Assembly: GCF_001194135.2 (NCBI RefSeq)
Contig: NC_068989.1
Location: forward strand, 20,712,630 to 20,765,216
Direction: 5' to 3'
DNA from: Octopus bimaculoides
Lineage: Eukaryota
DNA length: 52,587 bases
A program made the translations under genes and the position numbers. The notes under the pieces are model-generated. The model ran no database searches and was not told where the DNA came from. It saw only the letters and a program-made list of their open reading frames with translations. Of the stretch, positions 1 to 11,241 are shown one piece after another. Numbering within the stretch: the stretch's first letter is position 1; the number at the start of each line of letters is the position of its first letter.

Positions 1-47
1 GATGCCTCGGCATGGTCTCAGCCTTAGGGTTGAAACGTGTAAAAGTA
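1..47 (+). mobile_element. SINE 3' tail fragment
   Basis: gcatggtct-cagcc-ttag-ggttg-aaac-gtgtaaaag parallels the tail gcatggccg-cagtc-aaat-gactg-aaac-aagtaaaag at 15150-15190 and 31765-31800. Confidence 0.5.
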
Positions 48-54
48 CAAAAAA

Positions 55-104
<50 letters not shown>

Positions 105-365
105 TGTTAAAATAAATTATTTATAAATTAATTTCCAAATGAATTACTTCATACTAACATAATCAATATCTGTATGTGTGTAGGATTTTGTGGGATGGTG
201 GTACGTGTGAATATGTGAGTGTATGTATATGTGTGTATATGGTGAGTATATAACGACGGCACATGTTTGCAGTGAATGAATGTGCATTTTTTTGTAGTTG
301 GAATAAAAACGGGAGAATAAGAATTTAAAACAAATGAAAGACAAAAATATAACAAAGCAAAGCAA

Positions 366-373
366 ACTTACCC
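366..373 (-). promoter_or_regulatory. Splice donor (phase 2, in Gly codon) ending the cholinesterase exon
   Basis: Minus strand reads TCG GG|GTAAGT; GT at 371-370. The protein lacks the expected last ~50 aa. Confidence 0.9.
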
Positions 374-1861
374 CGACTTAGAAAAGTTTGTAAAAAAACT
401 TGTCGTCCTTTTTGTCACTAAATTTTCTTCTTTTGAATAATTTTTTCCAGATAACGCTTGAGCAAATAGGAATTCAATCTCATACCCATGCATCACACCG
501 GCCCATTTCGGCCAAGGATTTACACTCGATCGAAATTCGAAAGAATACATATAAACCTTGCCATGTTTGCTGTATTCCTGGGCAAATTCGATAGCAGGAC
601 ATTTAAATAAGACATCTCCCGCTGCTTGGTCCAATATGTATCTGTATTTTTCAGTTTCAGAAGAAGCGTAGACATGAGAACCATAAAGATAAGATATTAA
701 ATCAAGCTGCACAGAATTTGCACGTAATGGTGCGATTACCTTATTAATCAATTTGCCTGCGATAGATTTGTGTATCGGAACAGTTCCTTTCAAGGGGAAA
801 TATTTCGATAGACTATAGATAAGAAAATAAGTTCCTTCGTTTTTAACATAGCCAACTAACACATCCTTTTTCAGTGGTTCATTTTTCAGATATTCTATTG
901 GTTTCTGTGTCAAGAAAGCGCCGTCAACAATAGGGTTGAAAGTATAAGGTAGGAAAGTATGTAAGTTATGAAATTGCGCGTTTGCTAGTTTATGAGCATC
1001 AGCTTCTAGAAAGCAATCTATCATCAATGTAGTGTTCTCGGTTGGACACTTAAGGAAATCAGCCATCTCTTTCGCTCTTGCAATGTTGTCCTCTACAGGC
1101 ACAGTTGCCCACGCCGCTGTTGACGCACCACTCATCATAATAGCATTCCTGAAAAGACTCCGAGAAAGTGGGGAAACGACGTGCAGACTAACTGATGCAG
1201 AACCAGCACTTTCTCCAAACAGTGTCAGTTTTTTAGGATTGCCACCGAACGATAAAATGTTATCACGAATCCATTGTATAGCAAGGGTTTGATCTAACAA
1301 TCCCATGTTACCGGGGGCACGTACGTCATTCAAGGAAAGGAAACCAAATGGTCCTACTCTATAATTTAGTGATGCAACGATAACATTTTCACTGGCAGCT
1401 AACCATCGTCCATCATATATGTCCAGCGTGCTTGATCCAGACATAAATGCACCTCCATATATCCAAATCATGGTAGCTAAATTTAAACGGGACTTTCTTG
1501 CTTCTGATGGCGCCCAAATATTCAAATAAAGACAATCTTCGCTCATAACAGTGTTTGGATTCCACATATTTGAACCTTCAAAGTCCCCGAATGCAGTGTC
1601 TTTAACTTGCACACACGACGAAACATGCTTCTTTGTTTCTTTCACACCAGACCACGGTCTAGTAGGTCGAGCCTGTCTAAATCTTAGATTACCAACGGGA
1701 GGTTGAGCAAATGGTATTCCAAGAAAGACATCAACTTCAACACCTTGAATTAAAACTGTTGATCCTTTAATCTTACCTTTAGTAGTTTGAATAATCGGGT
1801 CTTCTGCATGGACGTAAATTTTTAACAGAAAAATTATGAAAATATATTTCAGTCCTTCCAT
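372..1861 (-). CDS. ACHE: Acetylcholinesterase-like cholinesterase (type-B carboxylesterase family), large coding exon; C-terminal exon(s) outside the window
   Basis: ORF 368-1861 has a signal peptide (MEGLKYIFIIFLLKIYVHA), WNPNT, SEDCLYLNIWAP, WIYGGAF, FGESAG (Ser codon 1208-1210), KNEG (Glu 836-838), GVMHGYEIEF (His 488-490) and two Cys pairs. It ends FFTNFSKSG, where the apparent TAA lies inside a GG|GTAAGT donor, so the true exon ends at 372. Orthology versus paralogy is unresolved. Confidence 0.95.
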
Positions 1862-1891
1862 GATATGAATGGTTCAATTGATGACGAAACT

Positions 1892-1920
1892 CTAAAGAAA
1901 AAAGAAAAAGAAAAAGAAGT
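1892..1920 (-). promoter_or_regulatory. Splice acceptor 30 nt upstream of the ATG
   Basis: Minus strand acttctttttctttttcttttttctttag|AGTTTC: long polypyrimidine tract with AG at 1893-1892. Confidence 0.85.
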
Positions 1921-2143
1921 TTATTTAAGAAGCAATTTGGTTGTCTTCATGTCAATGCAGCTTAATTTTCAGTTAACTTCGAATATCAGATTTATATCAC
2001 AATAAAAACGTGTTTCGAGAGTATGATAAATAAATAGAAGCCTCATTACAAGGCGTGTTAGAAAGCAATGTTTACTTTAAAACAAATTAATCTCAAATGT
2101 GTAGACTGATGTTATAGAAAGCATTTTAAACAATTATTTTCAG

Positions 2144-2228
<85 letters not shown>
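2144..2228 (+). repeat. (CA)n microsatellite, representative of many CA/GT, TA, GA, ATAG and ATAC tracts in the window
   Basis: Direct reading. Other examples: 56-101, 9955-10025, 27876-27942, 33363-33420, 40438-40503. Confidence 0.95.
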
Positions 2229-2232
<4 letters not shown>

Positions 2233-3621
2233 CCCATCGATTGCGAACATAACAAATCTGATATAGTTATTTGACAGAAATGAAGAGCCATGTACAGTCA
2301 CAGAGGCTAGCTGCTCTCAGATGTGAGTACTTCTTGCTTGTTTCTGGACTACTTGACTTTACAGGGAAGTCTAAGCGGCCTTGTGCAAAGTATAACTGAC
2401 TTTAACACATGCATTGCTAACAGATATTATCTTCAACATCTGATCTAGGATAAGAAAATTTGTCAGTGATGGCCATACTCATCAACGAGTGGCAGCCATC
2501 ATGTATATCCATACATAGATATATACATCCACACATGGACACTGTATCTGAGAGTGTGTGTGTGTGTGTGTGTGTGTGAATGTGTGTGTGTAAAACTTAG
2601 AACTAGAAGTCAATAATAAAGGACACAAGATGAGGTTATATGTTGAGAAGAATATTATATACTACGTTATATTATATTACGTTATATTAAAATAAAAATG
2701 ATTCGTTACAGCTGGCCATATGTTTCGCTCTCTATTGGGTTTAACAAACAAATGAGATATTTAGTCAGCTGCTGGAGTTTATAGGTTATTTTAATATAAC
2801 CCATAATTTTTTTGTAATTTTAACAACTAGATCTTTCCTCATTTTTTTTATAAGCTCGTGTAGTGTGTAGCTTATAGCAACACATAACGGATCATTTTAA
2901 TTAAATGCTATACATACTATATGTATTTACGCATATATACATATATTTTAATAATATATATATATATATATATTAATATATATATGTATGTGTGTGCGTG
3001 TGTGTGTGCGTGTGCGTGTATAATGCGTGTAAAATTCCTCATTTTGACTTACAACACTGACACTGTTGCCACTGTTTGCATCTATGGATTGTATTTTGAT
3101 AGTAGATATTTATATAACGTTAGGTCAGGTTTCATTTTACCATGTAAAACAGTAGAATTACTTTTATCGCTGGGTGGCAGTAACTAAAACCATTTACTCG
3201 TCACAGAATTTTCTCGATAGTGAGCGAGATTAAAATAAAATCTGTTAAAAAAGTGGAAAAGCCTCCAGATTATCTACCTTTTAAACCATACCTCCTTGCC
3301 GTGTATATAGTTTCCTTTAGTTTCGGATTTTTGAATAACCATATTTATAGTTAAGTAAACTGGACCGTTTATGTCTATTTATTTGTTTATTTATTTACTC
3401 ATTATCGCAGTTGGGGAAGACTATCTTCGTTTGTTACAGTCCTCCAAGGGGCCAATTACTGGTTAGATTAAATTATGACGGCCAGAGAAAAAAGGCGAAA
3501 CGCTCGCACAAACAACCATACACACACATACATACATGCATTCATAGATATATAAATACATACATACATACATTAACACAAATACATATGTAGGTGTGTG
3601 TGCGTGTGTGTTTGTGAGCGT

Positions 3622-3735
3622 GTGATTATGTTTCTGTCTACCAAATTCCACTCACAAGGCATCGGTCAACAAGAGGCATAGGTAGAAGACATTGCTCAGT
3701 GCACCGAGCTGTGTCATCAAATTTGAAATCATGTA
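3622..3735 (-). mobile_element. SINE family C fragment
   Basis: Reverse complement of the family seen at 44080-44232 (gtctaccaaattccactcacaaggc...tagaagac). Confidence 0.6.
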
Positions 3736-5191
3736 CTTTCAAGGCAAATTTCTCACCCTTGTGCTTCTGGTTTGTCTTGTCGATATTTATGCTTTTTAGA
3801 TTTAAAATGATGCAAAACGAATGTCTTGGCAATGTTTATTACCGATTACAGGGGACACGAATAGTAGTATTTTGTGATACCTTGTGGAATCATCTGGTTC
3901 GATGCAGTCATATCGATATGAATACATCATGAAAATATTTCACTCCAACAGAATAAATGAACTTATTTATCAGAAAGTGCCAGAAACTTTTCGGAACCGG
4001 TTAAATGTTTGATTATATTTGATTAGCTAAAGTTGTATATTCGGTTAGATTTAGTCGATGACATTCATATAAGACATTGTTAAAAAACGATCAAGATTAG
4101 CAAAATTTATGCAACGTGAATAAAAAGCATGGGAAATTTGGAAACTATGTGAAATTAAATAAATGTGACTTTTTCGAATGTATATCTTGTCCTTTGACTT
4201 TTCAAATTATACTTCATAGAAAGGGTATTTGATCTTTCCAAACAATGAAAGCATGAACATTTTCAGTGACACAACGGCCTTTGCTCGATATACGATCTCT
4301 TAATAGATGCAAACATTTAACTAAACCTGGTGCTTGTACGCAATTTTCTTACAGTTCTTTTATCAGTCAATCAAGACGGTCATTAGTTGTTACTAAGATA
4401 AAATATTGCTACTAATTCACGAGCGCCTACTTTACCATCAACAAAAATGATTATGCTTCAGATCATGTTTAACGCAAAAATATAATTTCGGGAAAAACAT
4501 AAAAACATGTTAACCGAAGAATATAAAATAGAAGCAAGTACTGATTTCATTTTTTTTTTTTTACAGTAACTAAGAAATTCCATGAATTCTCTTGCGAGTG
4601 ACGTGATAGATTAAATAACATAGTAGTTTGCACGGTGACAGTTTCCATGTGTTAATTTGAGTAAAGGAACTGTACCAGTGATGCCGTGGTGTAATGGTGT
4701 GCTCAATTATCTACAGAAGCGTAGTTCACTCACCGTGGTTCGTCTTGTGCACATTTCCTAGCTTATTTTCGTGTTTGTAAAGTATCTAATTTAATTTAAT
4801 AAACACACATGCATACATAGACACATAAGAACGTAGATGTATATGTACGTACATACATACAAGCATACATACATACATATATATGTGTGTGTGTGCGCCT
4901 CTTTGCGCGTGCATGTTGATGTTGCTTTTAAATTCAAGCCAGTCTTAATTGAATAGACCTATGGTCAATAATATTCCAGTCGATGAAACCGTCTTTTACA
5001 AGGCATCTAATGTATCATTAAGAAATTAGTCAAATGTATCAAATGTATCATTCCTTGTTTAAGACAGTGACGTCTAATTTGAGAGAGGATATTTCGTTGC
5101 TATTTCTGGCGTGTTGAAAGACGACTTAGAGTTGAAACTACTTCATACCTCCGGAAAATACACGAAGCATATTCATTAAGTATATATAGTT

Positions 5192-5245
5192 AATAATAAT
5201 AACAACAACAACAACAACAACAACAAAAACAACAACAACAACAAC

Positions 5246-5322
<77 letters not shown>
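5192..5322 (+). repeat. Compound (AAC)n(AAT)n microsatellite
   Basis: Direct reading. Confidence 0.95.
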
Positions 5323-5324
<2 letters not shown>

Positions 5325-5462
5325 TTCCCTAAAAGAAATGGAAAAACTTTCAAAATACAAAGACCTGGAAATAGAGGTAACTCGAATGTGGAATCTAAAA
5401 ACAGAAACAATTCCTATCATAGTAGGTGCCTTAGGTATAATAAAAAAATATTCAGACAAATA
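5323..5462 (+). mobile_element. 5'-truncated R4/Dong-type LINE, restriction-like endonuclease fragment running into a gap
   Basis: KLSKYKDLEIEVTRMWNLKTETIPIIVGALGIIKKYSDK; matches 7335-7395 at DNA level. Confidence 0.75.
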
Positions 5463-6168
5463 NNNNNNNNNNNNNNNNNNNNNNNNNNNNNNNNNNNNNN
5501 NNNNNNNNNNNNNNNNNNNNNNNNNNNNNNNNNNNNNNNNNNNNNNNNNNNNNNNNNNNNNNNNNNNNNNNNNNNNNNNNNNNNNNNNNNNNNNNNNNNN
5601 NNNNNNNNNNNNNNNNNNNNNNNNNNNNNNNNNNNNNNNNNNNNNNNNNNNNNNNNNNNNNNNNNNNNNNNNNNNNNNNNNNNNNNNNNNNNNNNNNNNN
5701 NNNNNNNNNNNNNNNNNNNNNNNNNNNNNNNNNNNNNNNNNNNNNNNNNNNNNNNNNNNNNNNNNNNNNNNNNNNNNNNNNNNNNNNNNNNNNNNNNNNN
5801 NNNNNNNNNNNNNNNNNNNNNNNNNNNNNNNNNNNNNNNNNNNNNNNNNNNNNNNNNNNNNNNNNNNNNNNNNNNNNNNNNNNNNNNNNNNNNNNNNNNN
5901 NNNNNNNNNNNNNNNNNNNNNNNNNNNNNNNNNNNNNNNNNNNNNNNNNNNNNNNNNNNNNNNNNNNNNNNNNNNNNNNNNNNNNNNNNNNNNNNNNNNN
6001 NNNNNNNNNNNNNNNNNNNNNNNNNNNNNNNNNNNNNNNNNNNNNNNNNNNNNNNNNNNNNNNNNNNNNNNNNNNNNNNNNNNNNNNNNNNNNNNNNNNN
6101 NNNNNNNNNNNNNNNNNNNNNNNNNNNNNNNNNNNNNNNNNNNNNNNNNNNNNNNNNNNNNNNNNNNN

Positions 6169-6370
6169 CGACTTGAAGAAAATTCTAACTGGGCCCCACC
6201 TGCGAGGTCATGCGCTGTTTATCTTGATATGAGATCACCATGTCGTGCACATATGGTTGTGATGCATGTGCCTGGTGTAGCCTTATCAGACGGGTAGTCA
6301 TGATGGGTATATTGGGCTTCGTATATTTTACTCCAATGTCACTTTGATGGCATGCACTGCTCCCTCACTC
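6169..6370 (+). mobile_element. 3' end of a retroelement terminating in an (AAT)n tail
   Basis: Unique GC-richer block ending ctcactc and followed directly by (AAT)n 6371-6430; family not assignable. Confidence 0.4.
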
Positions 6371-6430
<60 letters not shown>

Positions 6431-6432
<2 letters not shown>

Positions 6433-7586
6433 AGTTCCAAACAAAAGAGGGACTCAAAAACCAAAGCCACCTCCATTAGAAGAGGAATATTCCAAGGATA
6501 CATACTCTCTCCACTCCTTTTCTGCTTGGCACTGACACCTTTATCTGACATGCTAAACAGAACTGGCTGTGGATACAACTGTTACGGCAAAACAATGAAC
6601 CACCTCTTATAAATAGATGACCTAAAACTGTACGCTACAAATGATAAACAGCTGGAAATATTACTACAGACAGTACATGGATTTACCAAAGAAATAAATA
6701 TGAAATTTGCCTTAGAAAAATGTTCCAAAGCAACCTTGAAAAGAGGAAAACTAGTTAAGCGTAGCAGCATCACACTAGATAAAGCAAATGAAATAAGAGA
6801 ATTAGACCAAAGCCAGACATACAAATATTTAGGAATCAATGAACTAGATACGATAAAACACACACAAATGAAAGAGAAAATTAAGAAAAAGAATAGTATA
6901 GACGAGTTAGATTAATACTAGAAACAGAGCTCAATGTGAAAAACAAGATAATACGTATCAACAATTCAGCCGTACTAGTTATAAGTTACAGCTACAATAT
7001 CCTTAACTGGACACTAAGCGAACTAATCAAAATAGACAGAAAAACAATAAAAATAATAAGATCTAGGATGCACCACCCAAAATCTGACATAGAAAGGTTA
7101 TATATACAACGTATAGAAGGTTGTAGAGACCTTATACAGCTAGCAAACTATTACAAAATAACCACCATAGGACTACAAAAATACCTACTTCAGAAGCAAG
7201 GAAAACTAATACAAATAGCCACAAAACACGAGCAAAACAAAAAAAAACTGTTTTCAGTCTTTAAGGAAGCGGACAAATACAAAAAAGAAGTCATACTACC
7301 TAACAACTGTGAAGAAAAAGAAGAAACAACAAAATAAAAATAATTCCTATCATAGTGGTTGCATTAGGTATGATAAAAAATATTCAGACAAATACATAAC
7401 AAAACACCAGGACTTACAAATATATATAACATACATAAAATTGCACTACTGGGCACTGCACACATTCTACGCAAAACACTTTCAATACAGTAATCATAAG
7501 AGCATCACAACAAACCACAGCACATACCCGAGGCACACAGAGCTGTGCTCGGTGGTGCAGTGAAAGCATGTGAAAAAAATAGACTA

Positions 7587-7590
<4 letters not shown>
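6431..7590 (+). mobile_element. Decayed R4/Dong-type non-LTR retrotransposon: RT region, internal deletion, RLE end and 3' UTR
   Basis: LALTPLSDMLN...NHLL*IDDLKLY...MKFALEKC...YKYLGI...LYIQRIEG; stops and frameshifts. Joins at ~7326 to ..IALLGTAHILRKTL*; bounded by (AAT)n on both sides. Confidence 0.85.
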
Positions 7591-7650
<60 letters not shown>

Positions 7651-7651
<1 letters not shown>

Positions 7652-7833
7652 GGACTTACAAATATATATAACATACAGAAAATTGCACTACTGGGTACTG
7701 CACACATTCTACGCAAAACACTTTCAATACAGTAACCATAAGAGCACCACAGCAAACCACAGCACATACCCAAGGCGCACAGAGCTGCGCTCGGTAGTGA
7801 AGTGAAAGCACGTTATAAAAATAAAACTACTGA
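7651..7833 (+). mobile_element. Second 5'-truncated copy of the same LINE 3' end, followed by (AAT)n
   Basis: About 90% identical by eye to 7409-7590. Confidence 0.85.
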
Positions 7834-8287
7834 ATAATAATAATAATAATATGTGTATCTGTGTGTATGTGTGTGTTAATGTTAGCATTTTCAAGCGCTT
7901 TTAATAACATAGCTGAGCATATACTGATGGTGTGATTATATAATGTGTGTAGAGTAAAACTTATGAATATCAAGCTGACTGGAACTTCATGTTTGTCTAT
8001 CCGCTTGAAGGACTCAGTGAATGAGTATTTTACTTGTGATTTCCTTAAATAAAAGAAAGTTTTGTTAAATAAATGAAGTATGCATAATTGGTTTTGCCAT
8101 TTGTTACAAATTTTAATGAATCGGATTTTCAGTTTATTTCAGATAATAAACTAAATAATTTATTACAAATAATAAACTTTATAATTTATTTCAGATAATA
8201 AATTAAATAAATGGTTAGATGTCATGAAACAAGCTAAGCAGTTAGCAATGTAACTACACACGTGCTGCTGGTGATTTCTTTTCTTCT

Positions 8288-8354
8288 GATGAGTTTTTCG
8301 TTTTTCGTTTTTCGTTCCGACGAAGAACTATGCTAGAAACGTCAAAAGCTCATC
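8288..8354 (+). ncRNA. Degenerate minimal hammerhead ribozyme relic
   Basis: gatgagtttt...CCGACGA-agaac-tat-gcta-GAAAC-GTC-aaaagctcatc; core U4 and stem II are mutated. Confidence 0.4.
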
Positions 8355-8590
8355 TTACCGAGCATCAAACTAATACATTCCATGTGCACGTGCTTTAGTT
8401 GTTTGTTGTTGTTTGGCTTAATGCTCGTTTATTTGATTAGACTAAGAAGATAGCTGAGTAGGGTGATCGATGAAAAGGAAGCTTGGTGGGGAGGGAGTGA
8501 GTGAAAAAAGAGAACAGGTTATGAGAAGGTTTATTGAATATAGGTTGATATAAGGCCAAACTGCAAGCAGTAGTTTAGCATAGTTTAGGG

Positions 8591-8717
8591 CAGCCACTGG
8601 CAAACTGCGACCCCCGCAACTTCTTGAATGAAACAGCTGACGAAAATTTACTTTGAAAGTTTTTCGTAGCGCCGGTCTTATGTGGCCCAGATCTCGAAAG
8701 AAGGTTACCCATCCTTG
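8591..8717. mobile_element. Short hAT/Charlie-like MITE relic
   Basis: Ends cagccactggcaaactgcgaccc / aaggttacccatccttg; imperfect 8-bp flanks gtttaggg / gtttaagt. Confidence 0.4.
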
Positions 8718-9162
8718 GTTTAAGTATTTTGTAAATGGATTAAGTTTTACATAATAAAGTTTGTGCCATATTGAAATTTATAGGGAAAATATTGAACTTT
8801 CTAAGCAAGTATATATGTGTGTATGTTAGAGAAATTAATGTAAAAATTACTGTTAAAATATACCTTTCATTTTTATACATATAAAACTAGAAATAAATCC
8901 TGGAAGATATTACCTCTATAAAGAGTTTAAAGAAAAATAATAAACAAGATAGTAATCTATATTCATAGTCATTCAGTGTATCTTCGGATGACGAATCTTT
9001 TAATTGTGCTGCATAATATTATAATAATGCTTTAGAAATTAGCAGTTTAAAAGAGAAAGTAAACTACATAAAACATTCAATGATATAAAAAAATTAAAAA
9101 TAAAAAAAAAACGTAAAAAATAGTTTTCAGTCCATGTTTGAAATTGGATGTCATTTCCAATA

Positions 9163-9382
9163 TTTATTTCTTTATTGCCCACAAAGGGCTAAAGATAGAC
9201 AGACAAAGGCATTAAGTCGATTACATCGATCCCAATGCGTAACTGGTACTTATTTAACTAACCCCGAAAGGATGAAAGGCAAAGTCGACCTCGGCGGAAT
9301 TTGAACTCAGAACGTAGCAGCAGGCGAAATACCGCTAAGCATTTCTCCCGGCATGCTAACGATTCTGCCAGCTCGCCGCCTT
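9163..9382 (-). mobile_element. tRNA-derived SINE family A, full monomer
   Basis: Minus strand ggcggcgagctggcagaatcgttagc (A box)...gagttcaaattcc (B box)...gtgggcaataaagaaata; same family at 19093, 38990, 40812 and 43673. Confidence 0.9.
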
Positions 9383-9938
9383 TTATCATTTCCAATATTA
9401 CAATAAAATTTTCAAATCTAAGAAGAAAACATTTTCCACTCGAACATAAATACCACAAAATTTTTTTAACAAATCGAATCTAAAACCCATTACAGTTGTT
9501 TCAAAGATTTCAAAACATATATTGCCATAGCACATGGGAGAAATTTCAGAAGTATGAACGGGCGAAGTACGCTACCACAGTGTAATGTTTCCCTTTGCTA
9601 CTTCCTTGGATATATCATGCTGAAGACGGTAGAAGCGAGGAAATTAAATTAGCCTAACAGCAAATGCATTTAGAAATAGGCATATTCAACATACCTACCT
9701 TTCAGCATTCAGAAATAAAAATAAAGTATTATACAACATCTGCTGGAGAAATGCGTTAAAATTACATGCGAATGTGGAATACTCAACTTGTATTTCTATT
9801 ATTCAATGACTAAACAGTTCAGTTAATTAAACAAATAATTAATTATCTAAACCGAGCAGAGCCATTTATACAATTATACAGCAATATACGCGAGTAGGTT
9901 CGCGAGACAGATAGATAGGTGGATAGATAGATACATAG

Positions 9939-10033
<95 letters not shown>

Positions 10034-11241
10034 CGGAGAGAGAAGGAGAGAGATGAAGCGGGAGACAGAGGCAGAGAGAGAGGAGAGGGAAGGGAAGAAT
10101 AAGGAAAAAGAGAGATCAAGAGAGAAGGAGAGAGAGCACGTGTGCGTGTATTATGCACTCTACAAATTGACAGACCGATGAGAATACATCCATATCAATT
10201 TCACTCTCTCTATGTATACGGATGTAGGAATATATAGGGGTTGTAACGTACTACACATACACACACATGCATACACATACATATGTAGTCACTAGTGTAT
10301 TTGCACACATTGTATATGAAATGAGTTAATTTAGACATTTTAAAGCTTCTCAGAACAAAATTTTAAAATGTACTTTTTTTATACAAGAAAGTTAGAAAAC
10401 AATCAATGTTCAATCAATCGAAACAGAAAAAAAAATGTACACTTGGAAAATGATTTTGATAGAGTCATAGAACATTCGTGTGATTTAGCAAGAGATTACT
10501 GAAGTTGCTATTGGCAAGCGGAACTTGAGAGGCACATATTCTAAGCTCTAAACTAGGTTTCTACGTGAATCTTTAGTAATAGAAGTTTGGCACTTTCGAA
10601 ATCGATTGAACCAGTGCTTTGATCTATCCTACGATCATCGAAGGTCATTACAAGAGAAAATAAGGTTGACGTTGAAATTCAGTGATAAACAGATGGAGAG
10701 ACCGATAATGATGAGGATGATGATGATGATGATGATGGGGAGGAGGAGGATGACAATAACTACGGCACAGAAGAAGTGATGGTATAAAAAGTCAATGAGC
10801 ATGAAAGATATGAATAACAACAGCCATAGCCACAACGAGAATTTAATCGTTTGATTTGTGGTAGCAATGAGAAGGTAGCAATAATAACTACTAAAGAAGC
10901 AGAAACTGTATTTCAAATGAGAATAAGCAACAACAATACCAACAACTTCTATTCTGTTATCACTTGCTTGATTCGTGTAATAGAAGGGGTTTCGACCCCG
11001 ACAGCGCAATCCACTCAAGATAACACGACAACTTACATGTTACTCCCATTTTGTTTTCGTGTATCTGTGTGTGGTGCTGAACAATAAACGACGTTACTTG
11101 CAGGTTTGGAATGGACCTATAACAGGTTCGTTACATTTCTGACGGCAACTATGATAACGGAGTATCTGTAACTCGATGCAGAATAAGTATGAGAATGAGT
11201 TATGCTCTAAGAGTTCCAGCTTAATTAGCGAAAGACATACA

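Noticed and set aside
368-371. TAA as the true stop of a 497-aa protein
   Set aside because: It overlaps a consensus GTAAGT donor and the fold lacks its C-terminal helices and a disulfide partner.
400-1292. Plus-strand ORFs 400-594 and 1032-1292
   Set aside because: Antisense shadows of the cholinesterase exon.
4683-4760. tRNA-like start gccgtggtgtaatggt
   Set aside because: No B box, T arm or acceptor-stem partner follows.
8637-8670. CTGACGA-aaa-tttac-ttt-GAAA as a hammerhead
   Set aside because: Only a 3-bp A-U stem II, no stem III or stem I, and it lies inside a MITE.
9163-9382. SINE heads as tRNA genes, or dispersed repeats as a CRISPR array
   Set aside because: No cloverleaf 3' half; repeats are dispersed, diverged and lack regular spacers; the DNA is eukaryotic.
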